The notes under the pieces were generated by a model. The model made no database searches. It was not told the DNA's origin and worked only from the letters and a program-made list of their open reading frames with translations. A stretch of 64,000 nucleotides of DNA from Bythopirellula sp. (GTDB lineage: Bacteria > Planctomycetota > Planctomycetia > Pirellulales > Lacipirellulaceae), in assembly GCA_965216565.1 (NCBI GenBank), contig OZ244170.1, forward strand, positions 832,001 to 896,000, written 5' to 3'. This document shows, in pieces, positions 38,560-49,072 of this stretch; the first letter of the stretch is position 1; every line of letters begins with the position of its first letter. The translations under genes and the position numbers were made by a program.

Positions 38560-39609
38560 ATGGTCCGCCTGTTCCGTACATCCTGCGCCCTTTTTGCACT
38601 TTGTTGCCTGGCTCCTTCCCCCTCTTGGGGTGAGTTTGCTGTAGATTCCAATTCCGAGCAGCAAGAAGATGGTGCCTCGGAAGGGACCGATGGACTCCTC
38701 GTCCTGCGAAATGGCAACTTGCTATCGGGAAAGATACTGCGTCAGCAAGACCGATACCGAGTGGCCACTGCCACGAGCGAATTATTCGTGCGGGCTGACA
38801 AGGTAGAAATGTTCTGCCGTTCGATCGATGAGGTCTACCAACGTCGCCGTTTGCAACGCACAGGTTTGACGGCCGACTCGCACATCGAATTGGCTCGCTG
38901 GTGTATGCGGAATGGACTGCTGGAGTACGCAGCGCGTGAATTGCTTGATGCGCGGACCATTGATCCCGATCACCGTCGGCTACTCATGGTCCAACGGCAA
39001 CTCCAACTAGCGTTGGAAAATCAGCAGAGCACGCCCCAACAGACTACACAGTCTGACGAGCCGCCCGCGAAGATCGAGCAGCAAGACCTGGAAGATGTTC
39101 CTTTATGGGCCAGAAAACTATTTGTGCGTCAGATTCAACCGCTCTTGGTCGATTGTTGTGCCACTTCGGGCTGTCACCAGGTCGGCTCCACCGAATTGCT
39201 GCAGATCAATCGCCTGGCTGTGGAGGGTCCCGGACATCCGGGCACCACATTGCGAAACCTGTCGGCAATTATGAAGCAGGTGAATTTGAGCGAGCCAGAG
39301 GAGAGCCCGCTCCTGGTTCATGCCAAGCTCGCTCATGGAAAACAAGGTACTCGACCGCCACGCGCGTTGGAGCGTCATCAGTATCAGATGCTGCAAACTT
39401 GGATCCAACAAATGGCGGTGGCTCGCAGCAACGCCCCGGTCAACGAAGTCCGGCTCGCAGAATATCAAGAAGCCAGTCCCGACGATGCATTGCCGCTGAT
39501 TCGCCAGGCGCTCCAAGAAGAAGCGCAGGCACAGAATGAAGACGCGGCATCGAGCGATCCGTTCGATCCAGCTCGCTTCAACCAACAGCATCACAGCGGC
39601 GACGAGTAG
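38560..39609 (+). CDS. Secreted hypothetical protein with CxxxxCH motif
   Basis: Signal peptide; LLVLRNG, LARWCMRNGL, IQPLLVDCCATSGCH, DPFDPARFN. Confidence 0.78.
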   Translation: MVRLFRTSCALFALCCLAPSPSWGEFAVDSNSEQQEDGASEGTDGLLVLRNGNLLSGKILRQQDRYRVATATSELFVRADKVEMFCRSIDEVYQRRRLQRTGLTADSHIELARWCMRNGLLEYAARELLDARTIDPDHRRLLMVQRQLQLALENQQSTPQQTTQSDEPPAKIEQQDLEDVPLWARKLFVRQIQPLLVDCCATSGCHQVGSTELLQINRLAVEGPGHPGTTLRNLSAIMKQVNLSEPEESPLLVHAKLAHGKQGTRPPRALERHQYQMLQTWIQQMAVARSNAPVNEVRLAEYQEASPDDALPLIRQALQEEAQAQNEDAASSDPFDPARFNQQHHSGDE

Positions 39610-39681
39610 CGAAGACCAATCGTGGCGACCATGATCAGACTCGCAACAGTCTGATTTGGTGACAAGTCGGCTTGGTGACTT

Positions 39682-39903
39682 TCAGTTTGCCTCTGCCACT
39701 TCTACCGCTGGATCAGGCAGTGAACCTTCGTACTGGCCCGAATTGCTCGCGTAATTGCCAAACGCACTGCCTGCCCGGCCCTCGCAATTGCAATAGGGAC
39801 CATCGGCAACCGGGGGCAGGTAGTCGTAGCGACAACTGCCGCACATGCTGCATCCTGTGGAAACTAACAATAACGTCGCTACGGCCACGAGCTTGCTGCG
39901 CAT
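39682..39903 (-). CDS. Small Cys-rich lipoprotein
   Basis: MRSKLVAVATLLLVSTGC lipobox; CGSCRYDY, RAGS. Confidence 0.7.
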   Translation of the reverse strand: MRSKLVAVATLLLVSTGCSMCGSCRYDYLPPVADGPYCNCEGRAGSAFGNYASNSGQYEGSLPDPAVEVAEAN

Positions 39904-40035
39904 GGTGGGTCTTCTTTCAAACGCGGGAACTCAAGTTAGAAACGCGAAAGTGCGGGAACACTCGCGTACTAATCCCATCGACACTTGCGGAAGTGGCGCT
40001 GAAATAAATCAGCGATGACAGCAGTGCTGGCTGAC

Positions 40036-40725
40036 TCAATCCGCGGGCTTCGAGATTTTTAGTGCTTGGTAGATCCGCCCGTCGCGCAGGGTATTGGCCA
40101 AGAACTGGACGCCGTCGAAATCGTGTACGTGACTACGTCCAGCCGGCACGGCCACTGTGTAGGCACCGGAAGCCACGCCAGCTTGGCACCCGATTTGGCT
40201 ATCTTCAAGAATCATCATCTCTGCCGGTTCGATGCCGTGCTGTCTGGCCGCTTTCTGATAGACATCCGGGGCTGGCTTGCCTCGTTCGATGTCCTCGCAA
40301 GTGAGCACAAAGGAAAATCTGCCGCGGAGGTCAAACTTGTCGAGGGCAGTGTGCGCGAACTGTCGATGACTGCTGGTTGCGATACCCTTAGGAATATCGG
40401 CCGTCTCTAAGCTATCCAATAGAGTCAGCAAACCTGGCATGGTCTCGAGTTTGTCCTGCATCAGCCGAAACATAATCTCACGCGACTCCTGAAACAACTC
40501 GTCCACGGTCTCGGTGAGCCCATGCCAGTCGATCATTAGTTGCAAGGCAACGTCAGCCTTGCGACCCATCATCTGGTCGAGCAGATCCTGCGAAGATATC
40601 TTGCCGCGGCGTTCGAGAAGGACGTGATCGACTTCCTGGTAGAGATGTTCTGTGTTGAACATCAATCCATCTAGATCGAACGTGACGGCGCGAATAGAAC
40701 TTGGTGGACTTGGGAAGTCAGTCAT
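40036..40725 (-). CDS. HAD-family phosphatase
   Basis: FDLDGLMFNTE, IATSS, GKPAPDVY, LEDSQIG. Confidence 0.93.
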   Translation of the reverse strand: MTDFPSPPSSIRAVTFDLDGLMFNTEHLYQEVDHVLLERRGKISSQDLLDQMMGRKADVALQLMIDWHGLTETVDELFQESREIMFRLMQDKLETMPGLLTLLDSLETADIPKGIATSSHRQFAHTALDKFDLRGRFSFVLTCEDIERGKPAPDVYQKAARQHGIEPAEMMILEDSQIGCQAGVASGAYTVAVPAGRSHVHDFDGVQFLANTLRDGRIYQALKISKPAD

Positions 40726-42386
40726 GGCTTCGGTGGGGCTTCTTTGGGTGAGTCATCTGAGGCTGGTGAGACGTCATAAATTGAATACCAAGCATTTCCA
40801 TAAACTTGCGGAAAGTCCAGAGGAGGATATTCGCGAGCAATCACATAATCGATCTTATACTTATTGGCGAGTTCTCGAATTCGCTCGGTTCCCAGTAGGG
40901 CCAGGGTGCCGACGGGTACCATCTGCCCGAATTCATCTTCGACTAAGAACACATCGCTGTAACGGTTGAACCAGTCGATGAGGGAGGCGGCATCCTGGGG
41001 GACATCTTTCCAAGTGACCAGGCTTTTACGCCCCGCATGCCAGGAGAGGGACTGCGAGGTACGCGGGACCAGGAACAAATCGTCAGGCGTGGAATTTTGC
41101 TTGGCCCAATCGCAGGCTTCGTGCCAGGCGACTACACCGGCAAGTTTGGCGTCCGCGGGGGCAGCGGGGAATCGCCAGCGGCTGATGCTGGCGTCGGCTA
41201 AATGCCAGGCAGGCAGCAGTAGAGCGATTCCAAGAGCCGCGGGGGCCAACTTGTTTCGCTGGCGGAATAGCCTGGCAATCCAAAAGCAGACCAGCAAACT
41301 TGCGGCGAGCGCTACGCCCGCATCGGCTAGGCGGAACCAATAGTATTTGAGAAGCGGAGCAACACTTTGTTCATCGTTGTATCTAGCCAATTCCACTAGG
41401 AGCCCAATGACACCAATCAAAAATGTAGCCGCCGAGAACCGGCAAATTCGATCCAGAGCCAAACCTTGACGCTCGCTGACGATGGTCGAGTTCCTGACTT
41501 TCGTGCGGAGCAACCCCCAAAGATACAAAAAGCCCAGCAGTGGTACGGCAAATCGCCGAGCGAGCATGACAATCCGTTCGGGCGTCTGATGCAGAAGTGC
41601 CAAGTGGTGCCTGAGACGCTCGAAGACATAGATGCGAGCCGCTTCGCGGCTTTCCTCCGCAGAAACTTGGGCGGTTAGTGCCAGCGCCGGCAAGATGCCC
41701 GGCAATGCCAATAAGAGACCGAGAATGAGAGAGGGCCCCATGCTGAGGAGAGAAGGACGCGTCTGGCGAGATTCAAGTAACCAAACCAGGCCAGCCGCGA
41801 TTGCCGCCCAGCCACCGACCAGCACGTGGAACGCCCCCCCCAAACCAAACCAAGGCCAAGCACGATTCCAACGCCCCTGAGACAGATTAGCAAGCCCAAG
41901 GAACACGCACGGATAGGCAAAAGTTTTTCCTTCGACACCACCCACAACCCATTCGCCAGCAAAGTTCATGTTGCTGGTAAGCCAAACGAACAAGGCCGCG
42001 GACAGCACCGAGGCAAATCTGGCATCGGTCACGCAGCGACTCAAACGCTGCCAACTCCAGGCGAAGGCCAGCCACGCCGCTAGTCGGCCAATCCAGGCCA
42101 CAGTTGCCAGCGAGAAGAATTGAGTCAGCCAGCCAACCGTCCAGTAAAAGGTGAGATGTGCGTCAGCCGACTCCAAAAAAGGATCGCCTGCACACCAGTC
42201 GGGCTGCCAGTAATGTTTAGCCTTGGGGAGATAGTGCGATTCGTTCACCTGTGGCGGAGGCGCTCCGCCGTGAACAAAGCAGACGACCAAGATCAGCGCA
42301 ATTTCCAAGTAGCGTTGCCAATTGCTTTGCTCGCGGGGAACATCATGTTCTGAAACTGCGGTCGCCATGCACTTAGCGTAGGACAA
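40722..42386 (-). CDS. Polytopic membrane protein (possibly GT-C-like), function unknown
   Basis: About 11 hydrophobic segments; NESHYL, GEWVVGGVEGK, WKDVPQD; 4-bp overlap with the HAD gene. Confidence 0.78.
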   Translation of the reverse strand: MSYAKCMATAVSEHDVPREQSNWQRYLEIALILVVCFVHGGAPPPQVNESHYLPKAKHYWQPDWCAGDPFLESADAHLTFYWTVGWLTQFFSLATVAWIGRLAAWLAFAWSWQRLSRCVTDARFASVLSAALFVWLTSNMNFAGEWVVGGVEGKTFAYPCVFLGLANLSQGRWNRAWPWFGLGGAFHVLVGGWAAIAAGLVWLLESRQTRPSLLSMGPSLILGLLLALPGILPALALTAQVSAEESREAARIYVFERLRHHLALLHQTPERIVMLARRFAVPLLGFLYLWGLLRTKVRNSTIVSERQGLALDRICRFSAATFLIGVIGLLVELARYNDEQSVAPLLKYYWFRLADAGVALAASLLVCFWIARLFRQRNKLAPAALGIALLLPAWHLADASISRWRFPAAPADAKLAGVVAWHEACDWAKQNSTPDDLFLVPRTSQSLSWHAGRKSLVTWKDVPQDAASLIDWFNRYSDVFLVEDEFGQMVPVGTLALLGTERIRELANKYKIDYVIAREYPPLDFPQVYGNAWYSIYDVSPASDDSPKEAPPKP

Positions 42387-42399
42387 TTCCCAAATTGGT

Positions 42400-42459
42400 G
42401 TAGCTGAATTCGCAAGAATTCAGAATTCGGATTGGCTGCGTTCTTGCGAATTCAGCTTC
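42400..42459. repeat. GTAG-type REP doublet (GTAGCTGAATTCGCAAGAATTC), copy 1
   Basis: Inverted partner TTCTTGCGAATTCAGCTTC at 42441-42459; same family as 45526-45585. Confidence 0.85.
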
Positions 42460-42468
42460 CTGCGACCG

Positions 42469-43962
42469 TCAGTCCGCCAGCTTGGGGAACTCGTCCTTGA
42501 GTGCGGCGTATAGATCTTGGTAGGTAGGGAACGCCGCGTCGTAGGCTTTTCGGTTCTTGGCGATCGGTTTGGTGCTAGACGCCGTCTTGACGGTAGCCGT
42601 GCAGGCTTCGCTAATATTCTTAAACCAACCCGCACCCACGGCAGCAAGCAGGGCCACCCCATAGCCTGGCCCCTCATCGGCTTCCATGGCGGTCACCGTT
42701 TTGCCGAAGACGTCGGCCTGCATCTGTCGCCAGAAAGGACTCTTCGATCCTCCGCCCGACGCGCGAATCTGCCGTACCGGGACGTCGAGTTCCTGCATGA
42801 TGGCGAGCGAATCGCGAAGCGAGTACGTGACACCTTCTAGAATCGAGCGGGAAATGTGTCCCCGCGTGTGTTTGAGAGTGAATCCAATCAGGGCTCCTCT
42901 GGCAAGAGGATCAAGGTGGGGAGTACGCTCTCCAGATAGGTAGGGCAAGAAATACAGCCCCTCGGAACCGGGCGGGACACCGTTGGCTTCGCTAGTGATT
43001 TGGTCGAATTTGGTTCCCGGACAGAACGCGTCGCGGTACCAACCCAGTGAGCCACCCGCATTCAGCGTGACACCCATCATGTGCCATTTGCCTTTCACTG
43101 CATGGCAGAAGGTGTGGAGGCGTCCCTGGGGATCGAATTGGGGTTTGTCGCTATGGGCGAACACCACGCCTGAGGTGCCAATCGAGGTGGCTAGCATGCC
43201 CGATTTCACAATGCCATTGCCCACGGCACCAGCGGCACAGTCGCCCGCCCCGCCAACCACCAAGCAATCGGTCGTGAGCCCCAGCTTTTCGGCGGCCTGT
43301 TTGGTAAGAGAGCCGGTGACTTCCTCCGACTCGAAACAGGAGGGCAGCAGGTCAGCATCCAAGTCGAGCTTTTTCAGCAGTCGGCTCGACCACTTCCGTT
43401 TCACGACATCGAACAGCAACGTCCCGCTGGCGTCGCTTACATCGGTGGCATACTCCCCCGTCAAGCGGCGGCGGATTTCGTCTTTTGGGAGCAGCACTTT
43501 CTTTAGCTTTTTGAAGTTGCGAGGCTCGTTATTTCTGAGCCAAAGGATTTTTGGTGCCGTGAAGCCCGTGAGCGCGGGATTGGCAACCATTTTGATCAAT
43601 TGCTTACGACCCCCGGCCGCTGCTTCAATCTCTTCGCATTCGGCGGTGGTGCGTTGATCGTTCCAAAGCAGGGCAGGGCGGATCACCTTGTCTTTGCTGT
43701 CCAGAAACACCGAGCCATGCATCTGCCCGGAGAGCCCAATTGCCTTCACGTCAGAGGGTTTGAGTTTCGCCTTCTTGACGACCGAATGGACAACTTTCAC
43801 TGTGGCCTTCCACCAATCTTCGGGATCTTGCTCGCTCCATAATGGTTTGGGGTGGGCACAGGGATAGCCTGTTGCTGCTTGGGCGACGATCTTGCCTTTG
43901 GCATCGATGGCCAGTGCTTTGGTGCCTGAGGTTCCGACGTCAATTCCGATACAAACATTCAT
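42469..43962 (-). CDS. xylB: Xylulokinase
   Basis: GIDVGTSGTK, SGQMHG, LWNDQRT, GFTAPKILW, LPYLSGERTP, GGGSKS. Confidence 0.93.
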   Translation of the reverse strand: MNVCIGIDVGTSGTKALAIDAKGKIVAQAATGYPCAHPKPLWSEQDPEDWWKATVKVVHSVVKKAKLKPSDVKAIGLSGQMHGSVFLDSKDKVIRPALLWNDQRTTAECEEIEAAAGGRKQLIKMVANPALTGFTAPKILWLRNNEPRNFKKLKKVLLPKDEIRRRLTGEYATDVSDASGTLLFDVVKRKWSSRLLKKLDLDADLLPSCFESEEVTGSLTKQAAEKLGLTTDCLVVGGAGDCAAGAVGNGIVKSGMLATSIGTSGVVFAHSDKPQFDPQGRLHTFCHAVKGKWHMMGVTLNAGGSLGWYRDAFCPGTKFDQITSEANGVPPGSEGLYFLPYLSGERTPHLDPLARGALIGFTLKHTRGHISRSILEGVTYSLRDSLAIMQELDVPVRQIRASGGGSKSPFWRQMQADVFGKTVTAMEADEGPGYGVALLAAVGAGWFKNISEACTATVKTASSTKPIAKNRKAYDAAFPTYQDLYAALKDEFPKLAD

Positions 43963-44169
43963 ACGTTGCCATTCCTTAGATTCGCGAGAGCCACTTGGGC
44001 CTTCGAGCGACTATTGCGATCGAAACATAAACCACGGATAAATTTCTCGCACCGTCTGTAGTCTTTTATGGTGCCGAGCGGGCCGCTGCAGATGGCAGCT
44101 TCAAGCGTTACAATTAATTGTTTCGCTCGCCCCGAGTTTTCACTGTTGTAGCAAGACCATAGGTTACAC

Positions 44170-45495
44170 ATGATTGGCCGTCTATTGCTAGCCGCAATAA
44201 TTTTGAACCTGACAAGTTTGGTCGGCTGCGATCAGGAGTCGCAAAAAACAGCATCCGTTTCTCCAACGGCTCAGACTCGTCGCGCTGCTGTCTCCCTGAA
44301 ATTATTGGTCGTTGGCGATCCCCAGCTAGCGGAGGCCGTGCGATTGCAGCGGGGTGAATGGGCCGAGCGAAGCGGCGGAGAACTGATCGTTCAAGAGGTC
44401 AGCCGAGAAGAGTTCCAAACCGCCGAATTGCCCAACGCCGATGTGATTATCTACCCCACACAGTATCTAGCCGAGTTGGTCGTCGGAAAACAACTGCGAA
44501 CCATTCGGCAATCTGTGCTCGACGATTCTCGGTTTGTGTTTGACGATCTCCTGCCAGTCGTACGCAACGAAGTGATGCGCTACGGTGGTGAATTCTTCGC
44601 GATTTCTTTGGGTGAGGCTCCCTTGATGCTTGCTCGCGTTGCCGGCTCGGATGACGAAACTGAAGCCGAAGCTGCACCAAATCGGGCGCCGACTTGGACT
44701 GAACTCGCGAAGCTCCATCTAGAAGGGCGGCCAGCGGAGGAACTTATCGCTCGAGCGGCAAGTTTTGTCGATCCTCAATTACGCAGCGAGCTGCTCTTCG
44801 ACCCCAAAGACATGAACCCACGCCTGACGGCCCCTCATTTTCGCAGAGCACTGGAGCAAATGGCTTTAGGTGGTGGAAATAGACCAGAGGCAGGCGGCTA
44901 TAAAGTAGCATGCCCTACTGCTAGTGCATTGGGGGATAGTCAAAGGTGGCGACTTTCGAGACTGCCTCAAGCCGAAGAGACGTATAACTCGATTCGCGAA
45001 CGCTGGGAACCACAAACGCTAACTCCCACCTTGGCGGTGATTGGATTTGCTGGTCGAGCCGCGAGCGTGACATCCTCCACTCGAAACGCGACGTCGGCAT
45101 TCAAATTGCTCGGCTGGTTAGGCAGCGGTACGCCAGCTATTCGCATTAGCAGCAGTAGCGAGGAGACAACCTTCTTCCGCAATTCGCAGCGCCGCCAATC
45201 GGAGAAGTGGCTGGGCCGTTCGAATGAGGGGGCTGCAGCACCCATTGCGGCTTTGCTCTCAACCGACGAGCCTTTCTTGATGCCTCGTATTCCAGAAATA
45301 GACCGATATCTCGACGTGCTAGACGAAACCTTGAAACAAGATCGGGCCCTTAAGCAGGAAGATAGAGGCCAGGATATCGCCGAGTTGCTCGAATCTGTAT
45401 CAAAGAGATGGCAAGAGCTCACGGAGAAGTTGGGCCGAGAGCGTCAGTTGCATTGTTACCGGCTCCATTTAGGCCTGGAAAGCTGGTCCGATTGA
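44170..45495 (+). CDS. Divergent extracellular solute-binding-like lipoprotein
   Basis: Lipobox LVGC; DVIIYP, PTWTELA, PRIPEIDRY; no ABC partners adjacent. Confidence 0.7.
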   Translation: MIGRLLLAAIILNLTSLVGCDQESQKTASVSPTAQTRRAAVSLKLLVVGDPQLAEAVRLQRGEWAERSGGELIVQEVSREEFQTAELPNADVIIYPTQYLAELVVGKQLRTIRQSVLDDSRFVFDDLLPVVRNEVMRYGGEFFAISLGEAPLMLARVAGSDDETEAEAAPNRAPTWTELAKLHLEGRPAEELIARAASFVDPQLRSELLFDPKDMNPRLTAPHFRRALEQMALGGGNRPEAGGYKVACPTASALGDSQRWRLSRLPQAEETYNSIRERWEPQTLTPTLAVIGFAGRAASVTSSTRNATSAFKLLGWLGSGTPAIRISSSSEETTFFRNSQRRQSEKWLGRSNEGAAAPIAALLSTDEPFLMPRIPEIDRYLDVLDETLKQDRALKQEDRGQDIAELLESVSKRWQELTEKLGRERQLHCYRLHLGLESWSD

Positions 45496-45525
45496 CTCAG
45501 GCCGAAGAGCTTGCATTGCGCGGCC

Positions 45526-45585
45526 GTAGCTGGATTCGCAAGAATTTCGAAGCCGGAGTAGCTGAATTCTTGCGAATCCAGCTAC
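45526..45585. repeat. GTAG-type REP doublet, copy 2
   Basis: GTAGCTGGATTCGCAAGAATT ... AATTCTTGCGAATCCAGCTAC, 21-bp inverted repeat. Confidence 0.88.
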
Positions 45586-45876
45586 TTCGAATTTGAGCGG
45601 AACGAGCCGAGGCGCCCCGCCCCAGGCCAACCGACGAGGGGGCAATTCGGCCCGCTGGTATTTGTGTCCGTTTGACGACTAGTTTGACGACTAGGAAGAC
45701 ATTTAGTCGTTCCAGAAACGGTGCCTTTACAACCGTCCTACACCTGCTCTACGGGTTGTCAAAGCGGAGGGGAAGCGTTAGCCTCAAGGGTTCCTATTTG
45801 TTCTATCCAGCCCGTCATACGGGACTGTTTTTGCTCCGTCCCAAACTTAGACCCCCGATCTTAGACATCGCTCCCC

Positions 45877-47121
45877 ATGATTCGTAGCGCTCAGGACGAC
45901 CACCGTATCGTGATCACTGGAGTGGGGCTCACTGCGCCTAATGGAAACAACTTGGCCGACTACCGGGCGGCCCTGTTGGCGGGCAAGAGCGGCGTTGATC
46001 GCTACCACATCCGCTACGTGGGCGATACGCTCGCTGGCCAGTGCGACTTCGACGAACTGAAACATCAAAAGCGCAAGGAATTGCGACGCGGAACCCGAGC
46101 CGGCAGCGTCGGCATCTATTGTGCCAACGAGGCGATCGCCGATTCGGGCATCGAATGGTCGGAACTCGATCGCAACCGAGTGGGCGTTTACGTTGGCGTG
46201 ACCGAGCACGGCAATGTTGAGACCGAAAACGAGATTAACGAGATCAAGGCGTTTGATTACGACACCAAGGTTTGGTCGCATCATCACAACCCACGTACCG
46301 TGGCGAACAACCCCGCAGGCGAAATTACGCTGAATCTTGGCATCACGGGACCTCACTACACGATTGGTGCCGCCTGTGCCGCAGGTAATGCCGGTTTGAT
46401 CCAAGGCGCTCAGATGCTGCAACTGGGCGAGTGCGACCTGGCCATTGCCGGTGGACTTTCCGAAAGCATTCACACTTTTGGCATCTTCGCCGGATTTGCG
46501 AGCCAAGGGGCACTTGCTGCCAATGTCGATCCGGCCAGTGCCAGTCGTCCCTTCGATCGCGATCGCAATGGCATCGTGGTTTCGGAAGGGGGGTGCCTGT
46601 TCGTATTAGAGCGTTACAGCAGCGCTGCACTACGCGGCGCAAAAATCTATGGCGAACTGGTTGGCCACGCGATGACCAGCGATGCCAGCGACTTTGTGCT
46701 TCCCAATCCAGAGCAGCAAGCTCGTTGTATGAATTTGGCGCTCGATCGGGCTGAGCTTAATGCCGAGGATATCGACATTGTAAGCACTCATGCCACTGCC
46801 ACGGAAAGTGGCGATATCCAGGAATGTGCCGCATTGCGACGTGTTTTCGGCGATTCACCAGAGGTGTTGATCAACAATACGAAGAGTTTCATCGGTCACG
46901 CAATGGGAGCGGCTGGATCGTTGGAGTTGGTAGGCAATTTGCCGGCTTTCACAGATAATATTTGCCATCATACGATCAACGTCGACCATCTCGATCCGCA
47001 ATGCGAGTTGCCGGGATTGGTGCTCCAAGAGCCAAGAACAAAGAAGAATGTCGAGTATATTCTCAACAATTCCTTTGGAATGTTGGGGATCAATTCGGTG
47101 GTGATCATCAAACGAGTGTAG
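45877..47121 (+). CDS. fabF: Beta-ketoacyl-ACP synthase (FabF-like)
   Basis: IVITGVG, GAACAAG (Cys), SRPFDRDRNG, THATAT, KSFIGHAMGAAG, NNSFG. Confidence 0.92.
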   Translation: MIRSAQDDHRIVITGVGLTAPNGNNLADYRAALLAGKSGVDRYHIRYVGDTLAGQCDFDELKHQKRKELRRGTRAGSVGIYCANEAIADSGIEWSELDRNRVGVYVGVTEHGNVETENEINEIKAFDYDTKVWSHHHNPRTVANNPAGEITLNLGITGPHYTIGAACAAGNAGLIQGAQMLQLGECDLAIAGGLSESIHTFGIFAGFASQGALAANVDPASASRPFDRDRNGIVVSEGGCLFVLERYSSAALRGAKIYGELVGHAMTSDASDFVLPNPEQQARCMNLALDRAELNAEDIDIVSTHATATESGDIQECAALRRVFGDSPEVLINNTKSFIGHAMGAAGSLELVGNLPAFTDNICHHTINVDHLDPQCELPGLVLQEPRTKKNVEYILNNSFGMLGINSVVIIKRV

Positions 47122-47222
47122 TCCCCGGCTTTGCCGCGGGATTGTGAGAACCCTAAACTTAGCCAATCAGATCCTCCGGCAGAGCCGGGGGCTAGCAAAG
47201 AATTATCACAAAGAGAAATAAC

Positions 47223-47483
47223 ATGACTAACGAAGAGATCCGAGAAGAAGTCCTCGACATCCTTGAAGTAATTGCTCCCGATGAAGACTTGAGCAATCTG
47301 GACGATGGGGTGAATTTCCGCGACCAGCTTGAACTCGATAGCATGGACTTCTTGGATATCGTCATGGAACTACGCAAGCGTCACCGCGTTCAGATCCCCG
47401 AAGACGACTATGTCAATCTGGCCAGCATGGACTCGACGGTCACGTATCTCGAACCGATGATGAAAGACATTCAAAAGGTTTGA
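47223..47483 (+). CDS. Acyl carrier protein
   Basis: Acidic 86 aa; LELDSMDFLDIV phosphopantetheine motif. Confidence 0.93.
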   Translation: MTNEEIREEVLDILEVIAPDEDLSNLDDGVNFRDQLELDSMDFLDIVMELRKRHRVQIPEDDYVNLASMDSTVTYLEPMMKDIQKV

Positions 47484-47607
47484 GTGGAGGCAGGAGTTAG
47501 TGACTAAGAGCTAGAGACTAGGGAACTCTAGAAATCCGATCCTTGGTAACTTGGGCCTTGCTCTTTTCTCTCAACTAGCCCCTAGTCCCCAAATCCTAGC
47601 CCCTCCC
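47484..47607. repeat. Facing arrays of degenerate 7-mers (GACTAGG / CCTAGCC)
   Basis: GGAGTTAGTGACTAAGAGCTAGAGACTAGGG and CTAGCCCCTAGTCCCC..CCTAGCCCCT between acp and the next ATG. Confidence 0.65.
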
Positions 47608-48984
47608 ATGTATGACACGATTATTATCGGCGCTGGAATGTCGGGGCTGGCGGCCGGGATTCGTCTGGCGTATTACGATCAGAAGGTCTGCATTCTCGAA
47701 CGGCATTATACGATCGGCGGGCTCAATTCTTTCTACCGCATGCGAGGGCGCGACTACGACGTCGGCCTACACGCGCTCACCAATATCACTCCTAAAGGCA
47801 CCAAGAAGGGCCCGTTGGCGCGACTGTTAAGACAGCTGCGCATGTCTTGGGACGAGCTGGAAATCGCCCCCCAGGTGGGCTCGGCAATCGTTTTTCCGGG
47901 CACGAGTTTAAAATTCACCAACGAGCTCGACCTGTTGCGCGCAGAAGTCGCCCGCGAATTCCCTAACCAGATCGATAACTTCGAAAAGCTGATCGCATCG
48001 GTTGTGGAGTACGACGATCTCGACGAGTCGCACCAGCATATCTCCGCACGCGAGCATCTGGGAACGATTATCACTGAGCCGTTGCTGATCGAGATGTTAT
48101 TTTGCCCACTAATGTTTTATGGTTCGGCTCGCGAGTACGACATGGATTGGGGACAGTTCTCGATCATGTTCCGCAGCATTTTTATGGAAGGCCTGGGGAG
48201 GCCGTTTGCCGGAGTGCGGTTGATCCTCAAGCAGTTGGTGCGGAAGTTTCGAGGGCAGGGCGGCGAGCTAAAGCTCCGTGCGGGCGTCAAACGGCTGATT
48301 GTGGAAGACAGCCAGGTGCGCGGCGTCGAGCTAGAAAGCGGCGAAGTGATCGAGGGTCGCCGTGTGCTTTCCTCTGCTGGTTGGTGCGAGACGATGCGGA
48401 TGTGTGACGATGGAGAGCCCGTGGCCAGTCGGGCACCAGGGAAGCTGAGTTTTTGTGAAACCATCGCCACGCTCGATATCCAACCTCAGCAGCTCGGTTA
48501 CGACCGTACCATCACGTTCTTCAACGATTCGGACAAGTTCGACTGGTCAGCCTCCAACTCGCCCTGTGATGTGCGGAGCGGGGTGATCTGTTCTCCGAAT
48601 AATTTCGAATACGGTCAGTTGCTTGACGAAGGCACGATGCGTATCACCGTGCTGGCCGATTTCGACTATTGGAAAAACTTGGACGAACAAACGTATGCCC
48701 TCGAAAAGCTCCGGTGGTACGACGCGATCACCGAGTCGGCCGTGCGATTTGTTCCCGACTACCGCAATCGGGTGATTGATACCGACATGTTTACGCCCAC
48801 CACCATCGTGCGATTCACGGGGCACGACAATGGGGCCATCTACGGAGCCCCAGAGAAACAAATCGATGGCCGTACGCACCTCAAGAACCTGTTCGTCTGT
48901 GGCACCGACCAAGGCTTCGTCGGTATCATCGGCAGCGTCACCAGCGGCATCGGCATGGCTAACCAGCATTGTTTGCGGGATTGA
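47608..48984 (+). CDS. FAD-dependent oxidoreductase, phytoene-desaturase-like (copy 1)
   Basis: IIIGAGMSGLAAG..ILERH..GG, DVGLHA, TPTT..RFT...GAIYG. Confidence 0.9.
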   Translation: MYDTIIIGAGMSGLAAGIRLAYYDQKVCILERHYTIGGLNSFYRMRGRDYDVGLHALTNITPKGTKKGPLARLLRQLRMSWDELEIAPQVGSAIVFPGTSLKFTNELDLLRAEVAREFPNQIDNFEKLIASVVEYDDLDESHQHISAREHLGTIITEPLLIEMLFCPLMFYGSAREYDMDWGQFSIMFRSIFMEGLGRPFAGVRLILKQLVRKFRGQGGELKLRAGVKRLIVEDSQVRGVELESGEVIEGRRVLSSAGWCETMRMCDDGEPVASRAPGKLSFCETIATLDIQPQQLGYDRTITFFNDSDKFDWSASNSPCDVRSGVICSPNNFEYGQLLDEGTMRITVLADFDYWKNLDEQTYALEKLRWYDAITESAVRFVPDYRNRVIDTDMFTPTTIVRFTGHDNGAIYGAPEKQIDGRTHLKNLFVCGTDQGFVGIIGSVTSGIGMANQHCLRD

Positions 48985-49072
48985 GGTGATTGAACGTGAG
49001 AGTATCTTCACACAGCGTATCCTCTCAAAAGCGAAGTAACTAACTCATTGATAAATCACTCCAACTGGAGCT

